A stretch of 64,000 nucleotides of DNA. It comes from Christensenella sp. UBA7588 (GTDB taxonomy: Bacteria > Bacillota > Clostridia > Christensenellales > CAG-917). The notes beneath the pieces were generated by a model that saw only the letters and a list, made by a program, of their open reading frames with translations, did no database searches and was not told the origin of the DNA. The position numbers and the translations under genes are program-made. Shown in pieces: positions 54,417 through 63,293 of this stretch. The stretch's first letter is position 1. Every line of letters begins with the position of its first letter. The stretch covers positions 57,136 to 121,135 of the forward strand of contig DLKM01000028.1 of assembly GCA_002478945.1 (NCBI GenBank). The letters run 5' to 3'.

Positions 54417-55397
54417 ATGAAATACGGCGAATTCAAACAACACATAAAAGCGGTACTGACGGGAGAGGAGTCTCTTGCGGCGGCGTACGTCGTATGCGGA
54501 GACGACGACTATCTCAAGTCAAGCGCAATCAAAGCGTTCGGAACGCTCGTTTCTCCCGAATATGCCGATTTCAATCTGTCCGTAGTGTCGGGAGACGACG
54601 GTATGGCTTCAGCCGTGGACGCGGCGTACACTTTTCCTATGTTCGACGAGCGCAAAGTGGTAATCCTCAATCTCGAAGGAGTGCCTACGGCTCAAAGCAA
54701 AGATTTGTATGAAAAATATCTCGCGTCTCCGTCCGAAACGACCGTTTTTGTGGTGAATTGCGACGACGACGCGGCAAAAACCCTCAAAAACAAAAAAGCG
54801 CAGATTGTGGACTGTTCTCGTCTCGACGACGCGGAACTCGCAGACGAAATTCAAGAATTAGCCAAGTCCGCGCCTTCGAGGAAAATCGATAAAGACGCCG
54901 TAACGGAACTTGTCGCTCGCACGCAGGGCAATATGTCCCGTATCGTTACGGAAATGATAAAATTGAAAGCCTATTGCGACGATACCGTCAGAAAGCAAGA
55001 CGTAATCGATATGGTAAGTGCCGACATCGATTTTCAGATATACGAACTTGCAAACGCCGTCAGCGAGAAGAATGCGGACAAAGCACTCGGCGTGCTGGAC
55101 GTGTTTTTCAAAAACGGCATTAGAGGGGTTACGATAATCAATAGACTTTACGATAAATATCGCAATATGCTGCACGCGGAGTTGAACAAGAATTTACCCA
55201 ACGACGAGATTGCCAAACTGCTCGGAATGAAAAGCGGCGCGGTGTACTTTTTGCGCAAGGTTTCGTCGGGGTATACTCAGATGCGCCTCAAAAAATGCGT
55301 GGACTATCTGCACGGTCTGCAATACGACGTGTTGAGCGGAAAGCGCAACGACGTGAGCGCAATACACGAGGCAATTCTTCAACTGCTCGCGTTTTAG
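54417..55397 (+). CDS. holA: DNA polymerase III subunit delta
   Basis: 326 aa. YVVCGDDDYLKSSAI at the N-terminus and QIYELANAV...AL..L in the C-terminal domain are typical of HolA. Confidence 0.8.
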   Translation: MKYGEFKQHIKAVLTGEESLAAAYVVCGDDDYLKSSAIKAFGTLVSPEYADFNLSVVSGDDGMASAVDAAYTFPMFDERKVVILNLEGVPTAQSKDLYEKYLASPSETTVFVVNCDDDAAKTLKNKKAQIVDCSRLDDAELADEIQELAKSAPSRKIDKDAVTELVARTQGNMSRIVTEMIKLKAYCDDTVRKQDVIDMVSADIDFQIYELANAVSEKNADKALGVLDVFFKNGIRGVTIINRLYDKYRNMLHAELNKNLPNDEIAKLLGMKSGAVYFLRKVSSGYTQMRLKKCVDYLHGLQYDVLSGKRNDVSAIHEAILQLLAF

Positions 55398-55404
55398 GAG
55401 ACTT

Positions 55405-56292
55405 ATGCAAAACAAACTTGACAGAAAATTTTATGTGTGGATTTGGCTCGGTCTGATTTTCGCAACGTACGTCAGGAACGTTTATTCGATTTATTCGGAT
55501 ATATCCGCGCTTGCCGCCACGGCAACGAGATTGGAAGTCGTGACAAATATATTTGTGATGATATTCAGTTACGGTCCGATTCCTGCGGCAATAACGTTTT
55601 TGTTTACGCTGATTCTGTATTACATTTTGATAAGGCGTCATTCGGCGTATCTGACTCGCAACGATTTTTGCTATATCATTATGGCTGCCGTTGCCGCGGA
55701 GAGAATCGTGGCAGGCATTATAGACGGTTTTTCGATACTGTCGTTCCCGATGCACGTCGTTACGTCCACGGTGCTTGACGTACTGCTTCTGCCCGGCGTT
55801 ATGCTCGGAACGTTCTTCTTTATGTCGAAAATCTACAAGTTCAACGTGGTGGAAAAGAGCAACTGTTTCACGGTGTTGTCTGTGGCGTTTATGTTGGTTC
55901 TCGGGCTTTCGGTTTTCAGTAACAACTTTATTATCGTGGCTCTCGGCGCCAACAGCGAAGTGTCAAACGGTTTGGTGGAGTACTTGCGTCAGATGGGATA
56001 TGAAGCAAGTTCGCTCACTTCGGCGGTGCAGGTATATGCGAGCATGAGCGCAATAGTTATCTATATCGCATATCTTATTGCGGATATAACGCTTGCCTCG
56101 ATTATGAAAAAGAACGCGCGAGAGTATCAAAACGACGACACGAGAGAGGCGTTTAGCGCAAGGTACAGTCAAAATTCGTACGAAGCGCCTCACGCGGTAA
56201 ACGACGCTCCCGATTCCGCTTTCGACGATTTTGAGGAAAAGCACACTCACAAAAAAGACGACGAACACGTTTTTGACGAGTTTGACATCTGA
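55405..56292 (+). CDS. polytopic membrane protein of unknown function with an acidic C-terminal tail
   Basis: About 6 hydrophobic segments with no recognisable motif. It starts 8 nt after the holA stop. Confidence 0.6.
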   Translation: MQNKLDRKFYVWIWLGLIFATYVRNVYSIYSDISALAATATRLEVVTNIFVMIFSYGPIPAAITFLFTLILYYILIRRHSAYLTRNDFCYIIMAAVAAERIVAGIIDGFSILSFPMHVVTSTVLDVLLLPGVMLGTFFFMSKIYKFNVVEKSNCFTVLSVAFMLVLGLSVFSNNFIIVALGANSEVSNGLVEYLRQMGYEASSLTSAVQVYASMSAIVIYIAYLIADITLASIMKKNAREYQNDDTREAFSARYSQNSYEAPHAVNDAPDSAFDDFEEKHTHKKDDEHVFDEFDI

Positions 56293-56337
56293 TACAAAAG
56301 ACAATAACGGGGCGCATTGCCCCTTAGAGAGGAAAAT

Positions 56338-57201
56338 ATGAAATTCGATTTTGCCAAATACGCAAACGGTGTGGATTTGTATTTCATCATCGATATGGTG
56401 GTGTTGATAACCGTATTTGCCGTAATGCTTGGATTTTTCATCTACAAGCGCAATATGAAAGTGTTTTTCCTGCTCCTGTTGGGCGGAATACTCGACGTTT
56501 TGGTCAACATTTTGTCCGAACTTTTGGGCGGAACGCTTGCCATTGCGAAATATGTGATGCATTTCGTGGTCGTTTTCGATATAGTAGCCGCTTGCGTGGT
56601 GTATCAGAACGATTTGAAAAACCTGTTCCAGAAAGTATCCACGGCAAAAGGCTTCGAGACGCACAACAGCGACGACGAACTCCGTGACGCAACCGCAGAG
56701 ATTCTTACGGCGTGTCAGGATATGGCAAAGAACGACGTCGGAGCGATTATCATTATCGATACCGCAGGGGATATTCACGACAACATTCTCGACACGGGTA
56801 CGCGCCTCAACGCAACGCTTTCCGCTCCGCTTTTCGAGAGTATATTCAATACCAAAGCACCTTTGCACGACGGCGCGGTTATCGTGCGCGGCAACAAGAT
56901 TATCGCGGCAGGTTGCTTCCTCACGCTTACGCAACGCAACGTAAACAAAGAGATGGGCACTCGACATCGCGCGGCAATCGGCATAACCGAGGACACGGAC
57001 GTTCTTTCTATCGTAGTCAGCGAGGAGACGGGCATTATTTCCGTCGTCAAGCACGGCGAAATCAAACGCTATATGACTATGGATAAGCTCAAAGACGAAA
57101 TCGAAGAAGCATACGGCATTTCTCCCACGGCAATCGCACTTCGCGAAGCGCACGCAAATCGTCGTATCGTCAAAAGAAGCAGAAACGGCAGGTTCAAATG
57201 A
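56338..57201 (+). CDS. cdaA: diadenylate cyclase CdaA (membrane-bound DAC domain)
   Basis: Three N-terminal TM helices, and a DAC domain with HDGAVIV and GTRHRAAIGITE...IVVSEETG. RBS AGAGAGG upstream. Confidence 0.9.
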   Translation: MKFDFAKYANGVDLYFIIDMVVLITVFAVMLGFFIYKRNMKVFFLLLLGGILDVLVNILSELLGGTLAIAKYVMHFVVVFDIVAACVVYQNDLKNLFQKVSTAKGFETHNSDDELRDATAEILTACQDMAKNDVGAIIIIDTAGDIHDNILDTGTRLNATLSAPLFESIFNTKAPLHDGAVIVRGNKIIAAGCFLTLTQRNVNKEMGTRHRAAIGITEDTDVLSIVVSEETGIISVVKHGEIKRYMTMDKLKDEIEEAYGISPTAIALREAHANRRIVKRSRNGRFK

Positions 57202-58418
57202 AAACGATAAAATCAACGGACATTCTTATCCCGTCTGGGTGCGACCACAAAAAATGGTCGGTCGTCGCTTGCGACCAGTTTACTTCGGAGCGTAAGTATT
57301 GGCAAGACCTTGCGAATTTCGTAGGAGACGCGCCGAGTACGCTCAAACTCGTTTTTCCCGAAGTTTACCTCGAGGACGACGACAAACAAGAACGCATAGA
57401 CGCAATCAACCGCACTATGCAGGACTACATAGACGGCGGATTTTTCAAAACGCTCAAAGACAGTTTCGTGCTTGTAAAAAGGACGACGGCAAGCGGCGTG
57501 TCGAGGCTCGGAGTCGTTTTGGCTGTGGACCTCGAAGATTATTGCTTTACGCATCCGTCGACGGCGGCGATTAAGTCCACCGAAGGAGTCGTTCTCGACC
57601 GCATACCGCCTCGCCTCAAGATAAGAGAAAACGCACCCGTCGAATTGCCGCATATTATGCTCCTTATCGACGACAGAAAAAAGAGCGTGATTGAAAAACT
57701 TTGGGCGGAGCGTGACGAAAACGAAAAACTTTACGATTTCGATTTGAATATGGGCGGCGGACATCTGCTCGGCTACAGAGTGGACGCAAAGAAAGTTATC
57801 AACGTTTTCGATTGCTACGAACGCTCGGTGCAGAATCTTTACGGAAACGAAAAGAACGAGTTTATCTTTGCCGTTGGCGACGGCAACCATTCTCTTGCCA
57901 CGGCGCAAGCGCATTGGAACAAGGTCAAAGAAGGCTTGGACGATACGCAAAAGGCAACGCATCCCGCAAGATTCGCGCTTTGCGAGGTGGAAAATTTGCA
58001 CGACGACGGAATCGTTTTCGAGCCTATTCATCGCTTCGTTTTCGGCGCAGGCAAAGACTTTGAAGATTTTATGAAGTCAAAACTTTGCGGAGATGAGCGT
58101 GTGGGTGCGTTCGGAAGTTCGGGAGAGTTCACTCTTTGCGTAGACTCAAACGGCGCAAAGGCAATAAAGGACATTCAAACGGCAATAGACGAGTATCTCG
58201 GCTCGCACGAAAGTTGCTCGGTGGATTATATCCACGGTATCGAACATTTGCGTGCCGTGGCGGCGGAAAACGAGGGCGTGGCTATCGTTATGCCGAAGAT
58301 AAAGAAAGAGGAACTTTTCGGTTACGTCCTGAAAAACGGAACTCTTTGCAGAAAGGCGTTTTCTATGGGAGAGGCCGAAGAAAAGAGATATTATTTCGAA
58401 GCCAAAAAAATCAAATAG
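57198..58418 (+). CDS. DUF1015 family protein
   Basis: 406 aa. WSVVACDQFTS, STEGVVLDRIPPRLKIRENAPVELPHIML and FAVGDGNHSLATAQAHW fit my recollection of the DUF1015 pattern. It overlaps the cdaA stop (ATGA). Confidence 0.6.
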   Translation: MKTIKSTDILIPSGCDHKKWSVVACDQFTSERKYWQDLANFVGDAPSTLKLVFPEVYLEDDDKQERIDAINRTMQDYIDGGFFKTLKDSFVLVKRTTASGVSRLGVVLAVDLEDYCFTHPSTAAIKSTEGVVLDRIPPRLKIRENAPVELPHIMLLIDDRKKSVIEKLWAERDENEKLYDFDLNMGGGHLLGYRVDAKKVINVFDCYERSVQNLYGNEKNEFIFAVGDGNHSLATAQAHWNKVKEGLDDTQKATHPARFALCEVENLHDDGIVFEPIHRFVFGAGKDFEDFMKSKLCGDERVGAFGSSGEFTLCVDSNGAKAIKDIQTAIDEYLGSHESCSVDYIHGIEHLRAVAAENEGVAIVMPKIKKEELFGYVLKNGTLCRKAFSMGEAEEKRYYFEAKKIK

Positions 58419-58493
58419 CGACAAACTAAAATTATTATAGACAAAGGTCATACGACACCGCCGATGCGGAATATACTTTTACCGGAGAAAGGT

Positions 58494-59801
58494 ATGAAAG
58501 TATGTAAATTCGGCGGAACGTCAATGGCAAACGGCGCCACCGTATCGCAAGTTATCAAGATTATAGACAGTGATGCGGACAGGCGCTTTATCGTTGTCTC
58601 CGCACCCGGGAAACGCAACGTAACCGACGTCAAAATTACCGACGCGCTATATGCGTGTTACGACGAGAAAAAGAGAAACGGCAACTGTTCAAAGTCATTC
58701 GAAGTCGTGAAAAAACGCTTTTCCGATATGGTCAAAAGCCTCGATATAGATTTTGACGTTTTTCCCGCGCTCGACGATATAAAAGACAGAATCGAGCGTA
58801 GCGAAACGAGCGATTACGCCGCTTCGAGAGGGGAGTATCTGTGCGCGCGATTACTTGCCGCAAAACTCGGATTCGAGTTTGTGGACGCCGCCGACGTGAT
58901 AAAATTCGACGACGAGGGAAGATTGCTTACCTCGTATTCGCTCGGACTTATAAAAAAGAGGCTCGACGGCGTAAAGTATGCGGTCATTCCGGGCTTTTAC
59001 GGCTCGGATTGCAAAGATAACATCAAAACTTTTTCGAGAGGCGGCTCGGATATAACGGGCGCGCTCGTCGCAAGAGCGGTGTGCGCCGACGTTTACGAAA
59101 ACTGGACGGACGTGGACGGTTTTTTGCGTGCAGACCCTCGCATAGTGGAAAATCCTGCCTTAATCGATTGCTTGAGTTACAGAGAATTGAGAGAACTTTC
59201 GTATATGGGGGCGGAAGTGTTGCATCCCGAATCTATTTTCCCCGTGCGAAGCGCAGGCATTCCGATAAACGTCAAAAATACGTTCAATCCCTCTTGCGAG
59301 GGAACTATGATAGTTGCAGAAAAAAGCCTGCCCAAAGGAGATTGCGTAGTAACGGGTATTGCGGGCAAAAAGGGCTTTACAATCGTAAATATCGAAAAAG
59401 ATATGATGAATTCCGAGATAGGTTTCGGCAGAAAGGCATTGTCCGTTCTCGAGGCAGAGGGGATACCGTTCGAGCATATTCCGTCGGGAATAGACACTCT
59501 GTCCGTTGTTGTGAGAGACGAGTATATCGCAGGCAAAATGCAAAAAGTGCTTGCAAGCCTGCAGAAACTGCTCAACGCCGACAATATAGAGATACACAGC
59601 GGTCTTGCTCTCATCGCAACCGTCGGACACAATATGGCGTCGCGCCGCGGCACCGCCGCAACTCTTTTCAAAGCCCTCTCCGACAGCAACGTCAACGTCC
59701 GAATGATAGACCAAGGTTCTTCCGAACTGAATATAATCGTTGCGGTGGACGCAACGGATTACGAGAAGGCTATCAACGCCATATACAACTCGTTTGTATA
59801 A
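58494..59801 (+). CDS. aspartate kinase
   Basis: MKVCKFGGTSMANG N-terminus, FSRGGSDITGA, and WTDVDGFLRADPRIV, with two C-terminal ACT-like regions. RBS GGAGAAAGG upstream. Confidence 0.9.
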   Translation: MKVCKFGGTSMANGATVSQVIKIIDSDADRRFIVVSAPGKRNVTDVKITDALYACYDEKKRNGNCSKSFEVVKKRFSDMVKSLDIDFDVFPALDDIKDRIERSETSDYAASRGEYLCARLLAAKLGFEFVDAADVIKFDDEGRLLTSYSLGLIKKRLDGVKYAVIPGFYGSDCKDNIKTFSRGGSDITGALVARAVCADVYENWTDVDGFLRADPRIVENPALIDCLSYRELRELSYMGAEVLHPESIFPVRSAGIPINVKNTFNPSCEGTMIVAEKSLPKGDCVVTGIAGKKGFTIVNIEKDMMNSEIGFGRKALSVLEAEGIPFEHIPSGIDTLSVVVRDEYIAGKMQKVLASLQKLLNADNIEIHSGLALIATVGHNMASRRGTAATLFKALSDSNVNVRMIDQGSSELNIIVAVDATDYEKAINAIYNSFV

Positions 59802-59923
59802 ACGCGTCAAATAGCGCCTGACTTTGGCAGCGCGCATCCGCTACAAAATCACGTACGCCTTGTACGTTGGGTTTTGTCTCGGACGCGCGCTTTCGCGTTA
59901 TCCATCTATTTGACGCGTTTATA
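59797..59923 (+). repeat. three-tier nested hairpin element, copy 2 (39-nt core identical to 25879-25917)
   Basis: The outer stem 59797-59814 / 59906-59923 is 18 bp and perfect. The middle stem 59829-59840 / 59880-59891 pairs 11 of 12. The core is 59839-59877. The outer left arm contains the TAA stop at 59799-59801. Confidence 0.85.
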
Positions 59924-60380
59924 ATATAGGGGTGGGGTGTTGAGCGAATAACTGTGTTAGAGCGCATTAAGTGCGTTTTTAACAGAGTGTATCGTAGCTC
60001 CTCTAAATACAATAACCCCCTCTTTCCGGACACGCCGGTATTTCTCCCGCCACTCGTATAGGGACATTCCTCTACAATGGAAAACATCGCTCGCGGGGGA
60101 GACAACGGCACTCACATAGATAGGGATATTTCTCTCATTATGCCACCGTCCTTTGTGTGACTGCTACGCAACAACACGTCACAGTCGGACGGTACTAATC
60201 GTCGAGTTCGGCGCTCAAAGGCTCGCCGCCTTGCGGCTCGAATCCCGTCTTCGAAATCATACATACCGTGTATAGGTTACGCTTCGAATGGACACATTCC
60301 GCGTATAAGCACGCAATAAGCGATTTGTTGATAAGTGTGCCTTGAACGAGAGCGGAACAAGCGGTAAAACAAAACAACCC
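59924..60380. ncRNA. candidate structured non-coding RNA or decayed element of unknown family
   Basis: About 450 nt with coding-like GC, but no credible ORF or RBS. There are many local hairpins, several with G.U pairs that work only on the + strand. An AT-rich pckA promoter region lies on the 3' side. Confidence 0.3.
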
Positions 60381-60562
60381 TTAAAATTTTCTTAAACATT
60401 TGCTAAATATTTTTATTGATAAAAATTTACTTTTATTTTGTCGCAGAATATTGTATAATAACGGCAATGGATATTAAATATCCTTAATACGGTAAAATAA
60501 TTCGTATCTCGTCAATCGGCGCGGTGCGAAATAAAGATTTTTTATAAGGAGAGATGATATTT

Positions 60563-62167
60563 ATGAAAAATATCGACTTGACAAAATACGGTATCACAGG
60601 TACGACCGAAGTGGTGTACAACCCCTCTTACGAGATGTTGTTTGAGGAAGAAACCAAGCCCGAACTTCAAGGCTATGAAAAAGGTCAGGTAAGCGAACTC
60701 GGCGCAGTCAACGTTATGACGGGCGTTTATACGGGTCGTTCGCCCAAGGACAAATTTATCGTCGTCGACGACAACTCCAAAGACACGATTTGGTGGACTT
60801 CGGACGAATACAAGAACGACAACCATCCCGCATCTCAAGAAGCGTGGAAAGCGGTCAAGGACATCGCAATCAAAGAGTTGTCAAACAAGAGATTGTTTGT
60901 CGTGGACGCATTCTGCGGCGCAAACAAGGACACTCGTATGGCTATCCGCTTTATCGTGGAAGTTGCTTGGCAAGCGCACTTTGTCAAGAATATGTTTATC
61001 AAGCCGACTGCGGAAGAACTTGAAAACTTCGAGCCTGATTTCGTAGTTTACAATGCGTCCAAAGCAAAAGTGGAGAATTATAAAGAACTCGGTCTCAACT
61101 CCGAAACGGCGGTGGTATTCAACATCACGAGCCGCGAGCAAGTAATCATCAACACTTGGTACGGCGGAGAAATGAAGAAAGGTATGTTCTCTATGATGAA
61201 CTATTATTTGCCGCTCAAAGGCATTGCGTCTATGCATTGCTCGGCAAACACCGATATGGACGGCAAAAACACCGCAATCTTCTTCGGACTTTCAGGCACG
61301 GGCAAAACCACTCTTTCCACCGACCCCAAACGTTTGCTTATCGGCGACGACGAACACGGCTGGGACGACAACGGCGTATTCAACTTCGAGGGCGGTTGCT
61401 ATGCAAAGGTCATAAACCTCGACAAGGATTCCGAACCCGACATTTACAACGCAATCAAACGCAACGCTTTGCTTGAAAACGTAACTTTGGACGAAAACGG
61501 CAAAATCGATTTCGCAGATAAGAGCGTGACGGAAAACACTCGTGTTTCCTATCCTATCGACCATATCAAGAACATCGTTCGCCCCGTTTCCGCGGCTCCT
61601 GACGCAAAGAGCGTTATCTTCTTGTCCGCAGACGCATTCGGAGTATTGCCGCCCGTCTCCATTCTCACGCCCGAGCAAACGCAATACTACTTCTTGTCCG
61701 GTTTTACCGCAAAACTTGCTGGTACCGAGCGCGGCATAACCGAGCCGACTCCGACTTTCTCCGCTTGCTTCGGTCAAGCGTTCCTCGAATTGCATCCCAC
61801 CAAATATGCAGAGGAACTCGTCAAGAAGATGCAAAAGAGCGGTGCGAAAGCATACCTCGTCAACACGGGTTGGAACGGCACGGGCAAGCGTATCTCCATA
61901 AAGGATACCAGAGGCATCATCGACGCGATTTTGAGCGGCGACATCGACAAAGCACCCACCAAGACCATTCCGTATTTCAACTTTGAAGTGCCGACTCAAC
62001 TTGCAGGTGTGGACAGCGGCATTCTCGACCCGCGCGACACTTATGCAAACGTCGAAGATTGGAACAAGAAAGCGGTTGACCTTGCAGGTCGCTTCATCAA
62101 GAACTTTGCGAAGTACGAAGGCAACGCTCACGGCAAAGCACTCGTTCCCGCAGGTCCGCAACTTTAA
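60563..62167 (+). CDS. pckA: phosphoenolpyruvate carboxykinase (ATP)
   Basis: [19 protein letters not shown], the [13 protein letters not shown] kinase-1a motif, and [12 protein letters not shown] 60563 is correctly spaced from RBS AAGGAGAG. Confidence 0.95.
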   Translation: MKNIDLTKYGITGTTEVVYNPSYEMLFEEETKPELQGYEKGQVSELGAVNVMTGVYTGRSPKDKFIVVDDNSKDTIWWTSDEYKNDNHPASQEAWKAVKDIAIKELSNKRLFVVDAFCGANKDTRMAIRFIVEVAWQAHFVKNMFIKPTAEELENFEPDFVVYNASKAKVENYKELGLNSETAVVFNITSREQVIINTWYGGEMKKGMFSMMNYYLPLKGIASMHCSANTDMDGKNTAIFFGLSGTGKTTLSTDPKRLLIGDDEHGWDDNGVFNFEGGCYAKVINLDKDSEPDIYNAIKRNALLENVTLDENGKIDFADKSVTENTRVSYPIDHIKNIVRPVSAAPDAKSVIFLSADAFGVLPPVSILTPEQTQYYFLSGFTAKLAGTERGITEPTPTFSACFGQAFLELHPTKYAEELVKKMQKSGAKAYLVNTGWNGTGKRISIKDTRGIIDAILSGDIDKAPTKTIPYFNFEVPTQLAGVDSGILDPRDTYANVEDWNKKAVDLAGRFIKNFAKYEGNAHGKALVPAGPQL

Positions 62168-62177
62168 TAATACGACG

Positions 62178-62211
62178 AAAATCGCTTGTCGCAAGGCAAG
62201 CGATTTTTTTA
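62178..62211 (+). terminator. rho-independent terminator of pckA
   Basis: ATCGCTTG tcgcaagg CAAGCGAT followed by TTTTTTT. Confidence 0.85.
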
Positions 62212-62272
62212 TAAAACGCAATTTGCAAAGCAACGTCTTGCCGATGCAAAATCGTGCAAGTCGAAGCATATA

Positions 62273-62301
62273 TTGCATTGTGGCGCACAAAGTGCTATAA
62301 T
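62273..62301 (+). promoter_or_regulatory. putative sigma-A promoter
   Basis: TTGCAT (62273-62278), a 17-nt spacer, then TATAAT (62296-62301). Confidence 0.55.
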
Positions 62302-62351
62302 ATCTGTATAGCGAGCGCAAATCGCGGCTTGCATATATACGGAGGAATAAA

Positions 62352-63248
62352 ATGAAAGTATTAAAAAAAATATTGATAAGCGTGTTTGCAATTATTCTGA
62401 TACTTGCACTCGTGCTTGCGGGAATCTACTTCTTCGTGTTGAAAAAATACGATATAGATTTGTTCAAAACCGCCGCTCAACTTAAAATAATTTCGCAGGA
62501 CGTCGACCAAAACGAACTTTGTCCCAACGCTTTCGGCGAAGATGATTTCAACGCCTTGCAAAGCAACGTAAACGGCAAGTTCGGCGGTCTTATCGCAAAA
62601 GAGGACGGCAAGGGATACAACGGTTATTACGTCGATTTTTCCGCTCTCGAGGGTAAAACGCTCGAAGATTCGGGCGAAAATCCGAGCAGTCTGGTATTTG
62701 ACGACAAACAGTTGGGCGCGCTTGCCCAAACCGTGTTTTATAAAAACAACGGCGGAATAATCAAGCTCGGAGAAAGAGAGATTCCCGTAACGTTGATGCA
62801 GATTGATTTGTCCGAGTTTACGGAAAACGGCGGAGCGGATTTCAACATCGTCGCAAAACTCGACCTTTCGCAAATAAAAGCGGATATGAATTCTTTCCCG
62901 TACAGCCTCTTTGTGAAATACGTTCCCGATTCGCTTTACGTTTCTTCGACGGTAAGCGTTGCAAAAACGGACGACGCGTTTGCCTACACGGTTTCGCACA
63001 AGGCACTCACTCTCAATATGTTGAGTGCGGACGACACCGCAGACTTGTTCCATACCCTTGACGCCGTTCTCAAAATAGGCAGCGCAGAGGATATGAACGT
63101 CAAGATAGGCACGGTCGTTACGGACGCGCTTATCGGTTGCGAGGGAAATGCAGGTTTTGCGTATTCGCTGAAATCAGTCGGAGCAAAACGCTTCGTTTTC
63201 GCTTCCTTAAACGACGGCGCGAAAGACGCGATGATTATCGAATGGTAA
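62352..63248 (+). CDS. N-terminally membrane-anchored protein of unknown function
   Basis: 298 aa with a single N-terminal TM helix (ILISVFAIILILALVLAGIYFFVL) and no recognised motif. RBS GGAGGA upstream. Confidence 0.65.
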   Translation: MKVLKKILISVFAIILILALVLAGIYFFVLKKYDIDLFKTAAQLKIISQDVDQNELCPNAFGEDDFNALQSNVNGKFGGLIAKEDGKGYNGYYVDFSALEGKTLEDSGENPSSLVFDDKQLGALAQTVFYKNNGGIIKLGEREIPVTLMQIDLSEFTENGGADFNIVAKLDLSQIKADMNSFPYSLFVKYVPDSLYVSSTVSVAKTDDAFAYTVSHKALTLNMLSADDTADLFHTLDAVLKIGSAEDMNVKIGTVVTDALIGCEGNAGFAYSLKSVGAKRFVFASLNDGAKDAMIIEW

Positions 63249-63293
63249 CGGCTGTTTCGATATTCTAACCGCTCAAAACTCAAATCAAAACTC

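Noticed and set aside
60014-60060. RNase P-like or guanidine-I (ykkC)-like words on the minus strand: GUCCGGAAAGAGG and GGCGGGAGAAAUACCGG.
   Set aside because: The RNase P CR-I motif is GAGGAAAGUCC, so the order is reversed here, and the other conserved regions are missing. The ykkC-like word cannot form the required P3 hairpin, and the CUAGGGUUCCG / GGUCCGAGAG elements are absent.
60077-60160. 27-aa ORF (MENIARGGDNGTHIDRDISLIMPPSFV) and other tiny ORFs inside the orphan non-coding region.
   Set aside because: It has no RBS or promoter geometry and no recognisable peptide family. It is indistinguishable from random ORFs.
60229-60256. tRNA T-arm-like sequence GCGGCTCGAATCCCGTC.
   Set aside because: The flanking bases do not form a 5-bp T-stem, and no acceptor, D or anticodon arms can be drawn. 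The best local fold is two simple hairpins.
60190-60380. Possible tmRNA on the minus strand. A reading frame there ends in ...GEPLSAELDD-stop, and nearby GAUUUCGAAGACGGGAUUCGAG vaguely recalls the tmRNA 5' GGAUUCGACGGG.
   Set aside because: There is no GGGG acceptor 5' end, no GGUUCGA T-arm and no CCA-proximal acceptor pairing. The tag does not end in the usual hydrophobic ALAA-type residues, and the tag-like frame lies too far from the putative 5' end.
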